From Escherichia phage vB_Eco_BCPEco_001: a stretch of DNA of 64,000 nt. This document shows, piece by piece, positions 44,094 to 53,613 of this stretch (position 1 is the first letter of the stretch; the number at the start of each line of letters is the position of its first letter). Under the pieces are notes generated by a model that was not told the origin of the DNA, ran no database searches, and saw only the letters and a list, made by a program, of their open reading frames with translations. The stretch is taken from the sequence record PV295200.1; one strand, written 5' to 3'. The position numbers were made by a program, and so were the translations under genes.

Positions 44094-44981
44094 ATGTCAG
44101 TAGTAATTAATAATATCAATGCAGTAATTAAATCTTTAGTTAATAAAAAATTAAATGAATGGACTGTACTTCGTCGTGGAGAGCCAGATAAATTTTTTCA
44201 TAGATTTAACCCAACTTTGGATTTGAATGCTATTGACAGAGATGTTCATGCTGAAATTTTAGATAAATTTAAAGTTGATATTGGGTTTGGATTAGAAAAA
44301 CATTTACAGCGAACAAATGGGTCTGGAATGAGTTTATCTAATCGCATCATGAAAGCCCTTAATAAAATTGGAGCGTTGTCTCGTATTAACGCGAGTGAAA
44401 TCCTTCGTAATTATAATAAAGGATATGACCTTTATGGTCGACTAATGCCGAAATTGTCATTCGATCAAATGATTGCGGATTTGTGGGAAAATCAACGACG
44501 ATTATTAGCATTAGGCGCTCGATTGGCTAAAGGTCTAGATAAACAAATGATTTTTAAAACTAATAATACAGAAGACCTTAAATGCTTTAAATTTAGTACT
44601 CGTGGAGATGATTATTACGTCAGAGCTCACTCTACAGATTATGTCAATATGGGTCATCATCTCTGTTTAGCTTTTGAAATTTTAAAAGAAGCTGGAACAT
44701 TAGAATATGTGTCTGGTGCTAAATGCCCGATTGGTTCAAGTTGTATTTTAATTTATCGCCCGGATGAATCCAGTTCAACTAAATTGTCTACAAAACCTGC
44801 GCCAGTTCGTAGTAACGAAAAACATTCTGAGCAAATTGATTATTTTAATAAGCAAATTGAAGAGCTGAATATTTCTATTCAACAGTATGACGATGAAATT
44901 TTCAGACTATCTGGACTGAGTAGTAAAGCTAAATCTGAGCGTGAAAAGTTAATTAAAATTGTTGATTTACTTAAATCTTAA
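44094..44981 (+). CDS. hypothetical protein, tandem paralog A (C-terminal coiled coil)
   Basis: 295 aa from ATG at 44094 with GAGGAA RBS. Confidence 0.5.
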   Translation: MSVVINNINAVIKSLVNKKLNEWTVLRRGEPDKFFHRFNPTLDLNAIDRDVHAEILDKFKVDIGFGLEKHLQRTNGSGMSLSNRIMKALNKIGALSRINASEILRNYNKGYDLYGRLMPKLSFDQMIADLWENQRRLLALGARLAKGLDKQMIFKTNNTEDLKCFKFSTRGDDYYVRAHSTDYVNMGHHLCLAFEILKEAGTLEYVSGAKCPIGSSCILIYRPDESSSTKLSTKPAPVRSNEKHSEQIDYFNKQIEELNISIQQYDDEIFRLSGLSSKAKSEREKLIKIVDLLKS

Positions 44982-44989
44982 GGAACACC

Positions 44990-46012
44990 ATGAAAACTCG
45001 TTCTCAAATTGAAGATATGGTTCGTAATGCCAGCTATAATCGTGATGTTATGACATTTTTGTGTGAAAATAATTTAGACCTTAATAAAGTTAATTGTTCC
45101 ATTCACGCCTTTAAACATCTAAACAGCAGTGAATGGGTGCGTAATTTTAATGAAGCGGGGTATATTACACAAATGACTGCTCGCGAGCAGCTCACCGATT
45201 TCTGTAAAACTATTGATTATAAAAATCCTCTATTTGTTCAAGGCGTTGGTCAAAGTAAGGTCGATTTATCATCTGGATTTTTCAATCCAAATCATTATCG
45301 TCTTGAATGGAGATTTATTGCTCTATTCCGTAAACAATTAAAGCAAATTTTGTCGACGGCTAGTCGATTAAAAGGTTCTGACATTAACTTAAAGAACCTG
45401 AAATTTGATGGTTATACTCTTCAGATGGAAGTAAGACCATTAAAAGAAAATAATAGAACTGCACGAATTAGCTTTAAACCTAATACAAAAAATTCTCTTT
45501 CAATTTGCGAATGCCTTAAATCGCAGTTGACAGAAGCATTTAAGTATATGGATGTTGTTGCTGCAGTTCAGTCTAAGATTTTACCTCATTTTGAGCGAAA
45601 TTGGGAACATACAACAACGTATGAACTTGATATGATCGTTTCATTTAAATATGATTTTTTGAGAAAGGATGAAGTCCCGCAAGAGAAAAAGCAGGAAGTG
45701 CAAGATAACTTAAATTTATCTAATTGCTCATCAAACGATCCTAAATTTTGGATGTATAGCTCAGGTAATAAAGATGCATGGAAATTCAATAAAGTGAATT
45801 TTCTTCCTATTGAAAATCCGAGTCTTAAACCTGTTGAAAAATGGCACGCGGATGCGATTGAGAAGTCTATCAAGGCAGTAGATGATGAACTCGTTAAAGC
45901 GACCAATGAAGTGCTAGAAGCTGAAAAGATGCTAGAAAAAGCTCAAGAAAAAGTCAAAAATCTCACGAAGCAACGTTCTAAACTGAACAACGCACTAAAT
46001 GCACTAAACTAG
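44990..46012 (+). CDS. hypothetical protein, tandem paralog B (C-terminal coiled coil)
   Basis: 340 aa. Confidence 0.5.
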   Translation: MKTRSQIEDMVRNASYNRDVMTFLCENNLDLNKVNCSIHAFKHLNSSEWVRNFNEAGYITQMTAREQLTDFCKTIDYKNPLFVQGVGQSKVDLSSGFFNPNHYRLEWRFIALFRKQLKQILSTASRLKGSDINLKNLKFDGYTLQMEVRPLKENNRTARISFKPNTKNSLSICECLKSQLTEAFKYMDVVAAVQSKILPHFERNWEHTTTYELDMIVSFKYDFLRKDEVPQEKKQEVQDNLNLSNCSSNDPKFWMYSSGNKDAWKFNKVNFLPIENPSLKPVEKWHADAIEKSIKAVDDELVKATNEVLEAEKMLEKAQEKVKNLTKQRSKLNNALNALN

Positions 46013-46042
46013 TTTACTTCGCCACAAGGATGTGGTATAATG
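46013..46042 (+). promoter_or_regulatory. early promoter
   Basis: GTTTAC, 18 nt, TG-g-TATAAT; spacer contains hairpin CCACA-agga-TGTGG. Confidence 0.55.
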
Positions 46043-46069
46043 TTCTTACTTTCTACTGAGGAGATTAAT

Positions 46070-47071
46070 ATGACTCGTAACGAATATATCAAATCATTCA
46101 ATAGCGTTATTGATGATAAAGTTAAACCTATGTCTAGTCAGAATAGTGTTCTTTCTATTATCAATCAGTGGCTCAACAATACTGATGCAAGTATTGTTTC
46201 TTCCAGCAAATTTATTCATGAAGTTCATAAAATTTCTAGTCGTGTAGATAAAGATGATATTAAGGAAACCTTTAAAGGGTCTCGTCTTCTTTCATATTTA
46301 GTTAATCAAGATATTCTTAGTAAATTTGGGAAAGAAATTAAACGAACTAAAGATGTAGTAGGATACAATTGGTTCGGAGATGTTAATTCTTATCATCTTA
46401 ATAATAAAGAAGACCCTGAGAATATTTTTACTCGTCGTTGGGTTAGTAATTTCAGGCTTTTCAAGAAGCAACTTCTAAAATCAGCTTCTAAATTATGTTA
46501 TGGCGATTATCGTCAAATTCATCCTTTGGCTTCTGATATGATTATCATAAAAGAATATGAACTTGATAAAAATAAAGCAGCTATTTTTGTGAATTATGAA
46601 TTTTTTACACCAGAAGCTAATCAAAAGAACATTAATAAATTTTTCTCAATTGCTAGTGATATAACTCGTCAGTTAGAGACTGCATTACTTTGTATGGAAA
46701 CAGTAGAAAATATTCATACTTATCCTTTTAAGAATATATGCGGTTGGGAAGGATATAAAATTGTAGTTAGTCTTCGTGAAGTAAAGTGTGCGTACTCACC
46801 GACTGATAAAGAAATTTACCAACAAAAATGTGATGAAATTGTGAATACTCCTAAAGAAGAAACTACCCTTGAGGAACTAATGGAATGTCTTGACGATTCA
46901 CCTGAACCGATAGAAATTCGTCCAGAAGTTATTGCATTAGAAAAAGCTTATAAAGAAGTTCTAGAAATTTCTAATAAAGCACAGAAAGAATATGAGCAGG
47001 CTAAAAGGATTTGGGAAGAATCTGTTAATCGCCTGGATCGTCTTGAACAAGCTTTACAGTTAATTAAGTAA
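46070..47071 (+). CDS. hypothetical protein, tandem paralog C (C-terminal coiled coil)
   Basis: 333 aa from ATG at 46070 with GAGGAG RBS (track start 46040 lies inside the -10). Confidence 0.5.
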   Translation: MTRNEYIKSFNSVIDDKVKPMSSQNSVLSIINQWLNNTDASIVSSSKFIHEVHKISSRVDKDDIKETFKGSRLLSYLVNQDILSKFGKEIKRTKDVVGYNWFGDVNSYHLNNKEDPENIFTRRWVSNFRLFKKQLLKSASKLCYGDYRQIHPLASDMIIIKEYELDKNKAAIFVNYEFFTPEANQKNINKFFSIASDITRQLETALLCMETVENIHTYPFKNICGWEGYKIVVSLREVKCAYSPTDKEIYQQKCDEIVNTPKEETTLEELMECLDDSPEPIEIRPEVIALEKAYKEVLEISNKAQKEYEQAKRIWEESVNRLDRLEQALQLIK

Positions 47072-47125
47072 AATTTAAAGCCAAGGATGGCTCGGAGTAT
47101 AAACCATTAACCAAGTGAGAAGAAC

Positions 47126-48055
47126 ATGAAAACTCGTAAACATTATATTGATTATTTTGACAGTCTTATTACTAAACATCGTGATTATCAGATAGGACAC
47201 AGAGCAGTAATCAATAATATTCTTCGTGATTTCCTTCAGTATGTTGGCCAGGAAAATCATATCTGTAAAGATACTCAGAACGCTTATTCTCATTCGTTAG
47301 GCAATTTACTTGAATGGTTTAAACGTTCTCGTATGTTATCTTCTACTGTAGCTCGTGATAACATTGAAAACTTTATGAAGCCGAGCTTCATTAAATCTGC
47401 GACATCTATAACCGATTTGGTTGAATTTACTATTGTTAACGATGTTAAAAAGACCCATTTGGCTGATTGGTTATCTACCATTCCCGAAACTAAATTTGCT
47501 GATAAATTCGCTTGTCAATTCAATGACCAAGTGAATATGCTTTTTAAGCATGCTCGTAAACTATTTACCGCGGGCGATGACCGTACAAATACAGTTCATG
47601 TTAAGGATTGGGTTATTGCTGATGAAGTAACACACAAGCCAGGTGGTTCATCAGTATTAATTAATATCCAGGTTCCTTATTATTACTCACGTAATCTCGG
47701 CACCATGACAGCTAGAGAAATTAATAAGCACAACAAAATTATTCGTTCGTTGTCTTATAAACTCTGCACGATGGTGGAGATGATGGACGTAGTGGAAATG
47801 TATGACGAAACCGAAGATAATGGTTCAATGCTGTACAGTTCACGCATTCTAATTAAACTGAAGAACCCTAATACATATAAGCAAGTTGTAAAAGAACCTA
47901 AAGCAGAAAAGGCTGATAATCTGAGTGAAGAACGCGAATATCTCAATGCTCGTTTGATTGAAGTTGAAGCCCAAATTGCAGAACACACCAAATTGTTAAA
48001 AGCTCTTAATGCAAAAGCAAATGGTTTACGCAATGCTATTGAGGTATTGAAATGA
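47126..48055 (+). CDS. hypothetical protein, tandem paralog D (C-terminal coiled coil)
   Basis: 309 aa. Confidence 0.5.
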   Translation: MKTRKHYIDYFDSLITKHRDYQIGHRAVINNILRDFLQYVGQENHICKDTQNAYSHSLGNLLEWFKRSRMLSSTVARDNIENFMKPSFIKSATSITDLVEFTIVNDVKKTHLADWLSTIPETKFADKFACQFNDQVNMLFKHARKLFTAGDDRTNTVHVKDWVIADEVTHKPGGSSVLINIQVPYYYSRNLGTMTAREINKHNKIIRSLSYKLCTMVEMMDVVEMYDETEDNGSMLYSSRILIKLKNPNTYKQVVKEPKAEKADNLSEEREYLNARLIEVEAQIAEHTKLLKALNAKANGLRNAIEVLK

Positions 48056-48366
48056 AAAAGCGTCTATTAGAAGACATTGCAGCTTCAAGTAATTCTAGTC
48101 TAATTAAAATTATTATGGCTGGTGAAGAAGACAATCTGGAAATGCGTGGAAAGATTTATGGTTGTGATGATTATAGCCCTCCTGTTAATTGGGATTCTGT
48201 AATGGTCATGGTTGAACGTCGTGAAAGGGCTTCTAAAAACGTTCTTAATTGCCCTGAATGTGGAACTGAACAGGTTCAATTGATTCATTGGCAGACTAGT
48301 ATTCTTCGTTATAAATGTCGCCATTGTAAACACCGATTTGACCGAGAAGAAAATGACAAAGCGTAA
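48052..48366 (+). CDS. zinc-ribbon protein
   Basis: 104 aa; CPECGTEQ...CRHCKHRF four-Cys zinc ribbon. Confidence 0.45.
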
Positions 48367-48595
48367 AGAATATATGGAGACTGCTGAAAAGGCAGTCCGT
48401 GAATTAGCAATAGCTTATTATAATGAACATGGTAAATTTCCTGATAGATACAGCGTGCTTAAATCTGCTTTAACTCGTTCATATAAAAATATGCTATCAG
48501 AAGTAAGTGATATTATATACAAACATAAAGAACAAACGGGCCAAAGTCTTGATTACGACGAGACTTTTAAACAAGTACTAGGAATTAAGGAATAA
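48338..48595 (+). CDS. hypothetical protein
   Basis: 85 aa ORF immediately upstream of nrdC. Confidence 0.4.
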
Positions 48596-48596
48596 T

Positions 48597-48860
48597 ATGT
48601 TTAAAGTATATGGTTATGATAGCAACATCCATAAATGTGTGTATTGCGATAATGCAAAACGTCTTTTGACCGTGAAGAAACAGCCGTTTGAATTTATCAA
48701 TATTATGCCGGAAAAAGGTGTTTTTGATGATGAGAAAATCGCTGAGCTTCTGACTAAACTAGGTCGTGATACTCAAATCGGCTTAACAATGCCTCAGGTA
48801 TTTGCTCCTGATGGAAGTCATATTGGTGGATTTGACCAATTGCGGGAATACTTTAAATGA
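48597..48860 (+). CDS. nrdC: phage thioredoxin/glutaredoxin
   Basis: 87 aa; MFKVYGYDSNIHKCVYCDNAKRLL... with CVYC redox motif, matching T4 NrdC as recalled. Confidence 0.9.
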   Translation: MFKVYGYDSNIHKCVYCDNAKRLLTVKKQPFEFINIMPEKGVFDDEKIAELLTKLGRDTQIGLTMPQVFAPDGSHIGGFDQLREYFK

Positions 48861-49072
48861 TTCTCGAAGGAACTGATTATATTCATGATTACCGCGGAAG
48901 CGCGGTATATGTAGGTGATGAAGTTGCAGTTTATTATGGGTATGGAACTTTGATGACAGCCAAGGTTATTCAAATTAAAAATAATCGTGCTAAACTCGAA
49001 GTTTATTATTCTAATGGTGAAAAGTCTATTTCTAAGTGGAAATACGGTGATTGCATGGTCAAACTGGGGTAA
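48857..49072 (+). CDS. hypothetical protein
   Basis: 71 aa ORF with ATGA overlap to nrdC. Confidence 0.4.
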   Translation: MILEGTDYIHDYRGSAVYVGDEVAVYYGYGTLMTAKVIQIKNNRAKLEVYYSNGEKSISKWKYGDCMVKLG

Positions 49073-49367
49073 ATATGATTTACGATATTAGTGTATCAAG
49101 AACTCCATCAATGGTTACTATTCCAGCTGAAGAATTAGATCGTCTTCATAAAATTGAAGAACTTCTTTGGGAAATTGAATGTGACCTGCCATCAGGATTA
49201 GAATCCTGGGTTGATTATGAAGAACTTAATAAGCTTCGGGGTTAAACCTTGGTGGGCGGCTAGATGGGAAACTGTAGAGCCAGAGCCGGAAGAACCGGTT
49301 TACACTGATGAAGAAACAGTATATAATGAACCAACGATAAATGACTTAATTGATATGGAGATGGGAC

Positions 49368-49853
49368 ATGATTACAGTAGATAAGTGGTTTAGAATTAAT
49401 CGTGCTGATACAGGGCTGTGTAATTACTGGCCGGAACTTAGTGCAGGTACTGTCTTTAAAGTTCGTGAACTTGCAAAAGAATGCGAAGATGATATAGAAC
49501 CTGATACTGGAATTATTGAAATTGAACTTTCCGACGGAAAGATTATTAACATCTATGATAAGCCAATTACATACTGGTGTTTGTGGAATACTGAATCCGT
49601 TGAAAATGGCGAAATCGAGGAAGTTGTAGAGCGAACTAATCAAGTTGTTCAGAAGCCTAAAGCCGCTTTTCAAGGTGAACGTATTTCATACGCATTAGCT
49701 AAATTAGCTGCGCAAGAAAATAACGATGGCTATGAAGGTAACCTGATGCAAGCTGCCGCAGAGTACATTGAATGGCTTGAAACTCAAATTTCTTTTTCTG
49801 ACCAAATGATTCGGCAATATAAGCGATTGCATCAAATGTTTTACAATACTTGA
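49368..49853 (+). CDS. pin: protease inhibitor Pin (Lon inhibitor)-like
   Basis: 161 aa from ATG at 49368 (track start 49350 is TTG); size and position between nrdC and gene 49 match T4 pin. Confidence 0.5.
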   Translation: MITVDKWFRINRADTGLCNYWPELSAGTVFKVRELAKECEDDIEPDTGIIEIELSDGKIINIYDKPITYWCLWNTESVENGEIEEVVERTNQVVQKPKAAFQGERISYALAKLAAQENNDGYEGNLMQAAAEYIEWLETQISFSDQMIRQYKRLHQMFYNT

Positions 49854-49889
49854 AAAAACTCAAAATTCTTTTTCTGACAGGACATTTTA

Positions 49890-50066
49890 ATGAAAACCGA
49901 ATTGGTTTATACTGAAAAGTTAAATGGCGGTAAGGTTTGGAAACTTTTTATTAAAGGACATTCTACGGACCCTCATATGACCACTTGCGTAGGAACCTAT
50001 TCTCGTCCTACTAAAAAGATGATTCGACAGTATAAACGATTGAATCAAATGTTTTACAATACTTAA
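49890..50066 (+). CDS. small ORF sharing its C-terminal 15 residues with Pin
   Basis: 58 aa; ends KKMIRQYKRLNQMFYNT versus Pin QMIRQYKRLHQMFYNT; arises from a local duplication. Confidence 0.35.
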   Translation: MKTELVYTEKLNGGKVWKLFIKGHSTDPHMTTCVGTYSRPTKKMIRQYKRLNQMFYNT

Positions 50067-50105
50067 ATAATAAATACCCTTATCTATTTAAGGTAAGGGT
50101 TTATT

Positions 50106-50579
50106 ATGTTATTGACTGGCAAATTATATAAAGAAGAAAAACAGAAATTTTATGATGCACAAAACGGTAAATGCTTAATTTGCCAACGTGAATTAAATCC
50201 TGATGTTCAAGCTAATCACCTCGATCATGACCATGAATTAAATGGACCAAAAGCAGGAAAGGTACGTGGATTGCTTTGTAATCTCTGCAATGCTGCAGAA
50301 GGTCAAATGAAGCACAAATTTAATCGTTCTGGCTTAAAGGGACAAGGTGTTGATTATCTTGAATGGTTAGAAAATTTACTTACTTACTTAAAATCCGATT
50401 ACACCCAAAATAATATTCACCCTAACTTTGTTGGAGATAAATCAAAGGAATTTTCTCGTTTAGGAAAAGAGGAAATGATGGCTGAGATGCTTCAAAGAGG
50501 ATTTGAATATAATGAATCTGACACTAAAACACAATTAATAGCTTCATTTAAGAAGCAGCTTAGAAAGAGTTTAAAATGA
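50106..50579 (+). CDS. 49: endonuclease VII (Holliday junction resolvase)
   Basis: 157 aa; zinc motif CLICQRELNPDVQANHLDHDHELNG...CNLCN. Confidence 0.9.
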   Translation: MLLTGKLYKEEKQKFYDAQNGKCLICQRELNPDVQANHLDHDHELNGPKAGKVRGLLCNLCNAAEGQMKHKFNRSGLKGQGVDYLEWLENLLTYLKSDYTQNNIHPNFVGDKSKEFSRLGKEEMMAEMLQRGFEYNESDTKTQLIASFKKQLRKSLK

Positions 50580-52393
50580 CAATTGAAAAAGAAATTGAAG
50601 GATTGATTCATAAAACTAATAAAGACCTTTTGAACGAGAATGCTAATAAAGATTCTCGTGTTTTTCCAACTCAACGGGACCTTATGGCTGGTATTGTGTC
50701 TAAGCACATTGCCAAAAATATGGTCCCGTCTTTTATTATGAAAGCGCATGAAAGCGGAATTATTCATTTCCATGATATTGATTATTCCCCTGCTCTTCCA
50801 TTTACTAATTGCTGTTTAGTAGATTTAAAAGGAATGCTTGAGAACGGATTTAAGCTCGGTAATGCACAGATTGAAACTCCTAAATCAATCGGTGTTGCTA
50901 CTGCAATTATGGCACAAATTACTGCGCAAGTTGCTTCCCATCAATATGGCGGAACGACTTTTGCGAATGTAGATAAAGTACTTTCTCCTTATGTTAAACG
51001 CACCTATGCAAAACATATCGAGGACGCAGAAAAATGGCAAATCGCTGATGCACTGAATTATGCTCAATCTAAAACAGAAAAAGATGTATACGATGCATTC
51101 CAAGCTTATGAATATGAAGTAAATACTCTCTTTAGTTCAAACGGACAAACGCCTTTTGTAACAATTACATTTGGTACGGGAACTGACTGGACTGAACGAA
51201 TGATTCAGAAAGCAATTCTGAAAAATCGTATTAAAGGTCTTGGTCGTGATGGGATAACTCCTATTTTCCCTAAGCTTGTTATGTTTGTTGAAGAAGGTGT
51301 TAATCTTTATAAAGACGATCCGAACTATGATATTAAGCAGCTTGCTCTAGAGTGTGCAAGCAAAAGAATGTATCCTGATATTATTTCAGCTAAGAACAAT
51401 AAAGCTATCACTGGTTCATCTATTCCTGTTTCTCCAATGGGTTGCCGTAGTTTCTTGAGCGTATGGAAAGATTCGACCGGTAATGAAATTCTTGATGGAC
51501 GTAATAATCTTGGTGTTGTAACACTGAATCTTCCTCGCATCGCGTTAGATTCTTATATTGGAACACAGTTCAATGAACAGAAATTTGTTGAATTATTCAA
51601 TGAACGAATGGATTTATGTTTTGAAGCTTTGATGTGTAGAATTAGTTCCTTAAAAGGAGTTAAAGCGACTGTTGCTCCTATTCTTTACCAAGAAGGTGCA
51701 TTCGGGGTTCGTCTTAAACCTGATGACGATATAATTGAGTTATTTAAAAATGGTAGAAGTTCAGTGTCCCTAGGATACATTGGTATTCACGAATTGAATA
51801 TTCTTGTCGGTCGTGATATTGGACGAGAAATTTTAACTAAAATGAATGCTCATCTTAAACAGTGGACTGAAAGAACCGGATTTGCTTTTAGTTTATATTC
51901 GACTCCTGCTGAAAACCTTTGTTATCGCTTCTGTAAACTCGATACAGAAAAATATGGAAGTGTAAAAGATGTTACCGATAAAGGTTGGTACACTAACAGT
52001 TTCCATGTTTCAGTAGAAGAAAATATTACTCCGTTTGAAAAGATTTCCCGCGAAGCACCATATCATTTCATTGCGACAGGTGGTCACATTTCTTATGTTG
52101 AACTTCCTGATATGAAAAATAACTTAAAAGGTCTTGAGGCCGTGTGGGATTATGCTGCACAACATTTAGATTATTTTGGTGTTAATATGCCAGTAGATAA
52201 ATGTTTTACATGCGGAAGTACCCATGAAATGACTCCTACTGAAAACGGATTTGTTTGTTCTATTTGTGGAGAAACTGATCCTAAAAAGATGAATACCATA
52301 AGAAGAACATGCGGCTATCTTGGAACTCCTAGCGTTGTTCCATGGAATTTAGGTAAAATGAAAGAAATGGTAAAACGAGTAAAACATGCATAG
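50576..52393 (+). CDS. nrdD: anaerobic ribonucleoside-triphosphate reductase (class III), uninterrupted
   Basis: 605 aa continuous ORF; C-terminal glycyl radical motif RRTCGYLG and Cys zinc ribbon CFTCGS...CSICG. Confidence 0.9.
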   Translation: MTIEKEIEGLIHKTNKDLLNENANKDSRVFPTQRDLMAGIVSKHIAKNMVPSFIMKAHESGIIHFHDIDYSPALPFTNCCLVDLKGMLENGFKLGNAQIETPKSIGVATAIMAQITAQVASHQYGGTTFANVDKVLSPYVKRTYAKHIEDAEKWQIADALNYAQSKTEKDVYDAFQAYEYEVNTLFSSNGQTPFVTITFGTGTDWTERMIQKAILKNRIKGLGRDGITPIFPKLVMFVEEGVNLYKDDPNYDIKQLALECASKRMYPDIISAKNNKAITGSSIPVSPMGCRSFLSVWKDSTGNEILDGRNNLGVVTLNLPRIALDSYIGTQFNEQKFVELFNERMDLCFEALMCRISSLKGVKATVAPILYQEGAFGVRLKPDDDIIELFKNGRSSVSLGYIGIHELNILVGRDIGREILTKMNAHLKQWTERTGFAFSLYSTPAENLCYRFCKLDTEKYGSVKDVTDKGWYTNSFHVSVEENITPFEKISREAPYHFIATGGHISYVELPDMKNNLKGLEAVWDYAAQHLDYFGVNMPVDKCFTCGSTHEMTPTENGFVCSICGETDPKKMNTIRRTCGYLGTPSVVPWNLGKMKEMVKRVKHA

Positions 52394-52405
52394 GGTTAAA
52401 CACCA

Positions 52406-53038
52406 ATGAATTATGACAGAATCTATTCAAATCTAGTTAATTCTGCTGAACACCCATCTAAGCCCCGTCAAACTAAAGCCGGGTATGAACTTCATCATAT
52501 AATTCCAAGAAGCATGGGTGGTCCAGATGATTTAGACAACTTAGTATTTTTAACTTATAAGGCCCACTATACTGCTCATCATTTATTGGCTAAAATATAT
52601 GGTGGAAAGATGTATGATGCATATTGGATAATGAGTAATAGTAAGCATAGAAAAGTTACTTCTTCACAATACGCGTATGCAAAAGCTAAGAAATTTGAAA
52701 ATCAGCGTGGCGCAAAAAGAAGCGATAAAACTAAGAAGCTAATGAGCATAGCTAGGTCTAAAGTAACTCTTCCTGATGATTTTGGAAAAAGGATATCTGA
52801 TGGGCTAACAGGAAGAACTTTGTCTACTAGTCATAAAGAGCATATCAAAAATAGTTCTAGAAATCGCTTTAACACCAAAACGGTTATTGGCTATTCACCA
52901 GACGGAAATACAATAGAACTAACTGGAGCAACTGAAATAAGAAATGCAGGATTTTTTCATTCTGCTGTTTATAAATGTTGCAAAGGAATTCAATCTATTC
53001 ATAAGGGATATACTTGGAAATATAAAGATGAATTATGA
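52406..53038 (+). CDS. HNH homing endonuclease
   Basis: 210 aa; HNH motif ELHHIIPRSMGGPDDLDNLVFLTYKAHYTAHH; between nrdD and nrdG, overlapping the nrdG start by 11 nt. Confidence 0.7.
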   Translation: MNYDRIYSNLVNSAEHPSKPRQTKAGYELHHIIPRSMGGPDDLDNLVFLTYKAHYTAHHLLAKIYGGKMYDAYWIMSNSKHRKVTSSQYAYAKAKKFENQRGAKRSDKTKKLMSIARSKVTLPDDFGKRISDGLTGRTLSTSHKEHIKNSSRNRFNTKTVIGYSPDGNTIELTGATEIRNAGFFHSAVYKCCKGIQSIHKGYTWKYKDEL

Positions 53039-53498
53039 TAGAATATACCCGTGCTGCTTTGTTAATGGTCCTGGATGCAGGGTCGTTCTCTTCGTCACTG
53101 GATGTTTGCATAAATGCGAAGGTTGTTATAATCGTAGTACTTGGAATGCTCGTAACGGACAGTTATTCACTATGAATACCGTTAAAGAACTTGCGTCCCA
53201 TTTAAGCAAATCGTATATCCAAGGCCTTACCTTAACCGGTGGTGACCCACTTTATCCACAGAACCGAGAAGAGATTTCAAATTTAGTTTCTTGGGTTAAA
53301 GCAAGATTTCCGGAGAAAGATATCTGGTTGTGGACAGGATATAAGTTTGAAGATATTAAACAGCTAGAAATGCTTAAATATGTTGATGTTATTATTGATG
53401 GGAAGTATGAGAAAAATCTTCCGACTAAAAAGCTGTGGCGAGGATCAGATAATCAGCGACTTTGGTCAAATACCGATGGGGTGTGGAAACATGATTAA
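53028..53498 (+). CDS. nrdG: anaerobic ribonucleotide reductase activating protein (radical SAM)
   Basis: 156 aa from ATG at 53028; CxxxCxxC-type cluster GCLHKCEGCYN. Confidence 0.85.
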   Translation: MNYDRIYPCCFVNGPGCRVVLFVTGCLHKCEGCYNRSTWNARNGQLFTMNTVKELASHLSKSYIQGLTLTGGDPLYPQNREEISNLVSWVKARFPEKDIWLWTGYKFEDIKQLEMLKYVDVIIDGKYEKNLPTKKLWRGSDNQRLWSNTDGVWKHD

Positions 53499-53613
53499 AT
53501 TGAATTACATTATGGATACTATAAATGATATGATTTTTCATTTTGGTCCAGAATTTTATTCGCAGTATAGTTTAGTGCTTATCAATGCTTGGTTAATTAA
53601 TTAAGGGTAAAAT

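Noticed and set aside
40266-48333. Minus-strand ORFs 40266..40607, 40608..40838, 41133..41372, 45586..45906, 47755..48033 and 48100..48333
   Set aside because: Antisense to plus-strand genes with consistent operon structure; no promoter or RBS on the minus strand in this early region.
50576-52393. Possible group I intron in nrdD, as in T4
   Set aside because: The nrdD reading frame is continuous for 605 codons including the glycyl radical motif; no intron-like insert or internal endonuclease ORF is present.
52406-53050. Interpreting the MNYDRIY match between the HNH gene and nrdG as definitive target duplication
   Set aside because: Not rejected outright, but HNH endonucleases of this family commonly start MNY.KIY (the 1027..1839 gene starts MNYTKIY), so part of the match may be family-intrinsic; kept as a finding with that caveat.
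53380-53604. 74-aa ORF overlapping the nrdG 3' end
   Set aside because: Lies in an alternative frame within nrdG; no independent support.
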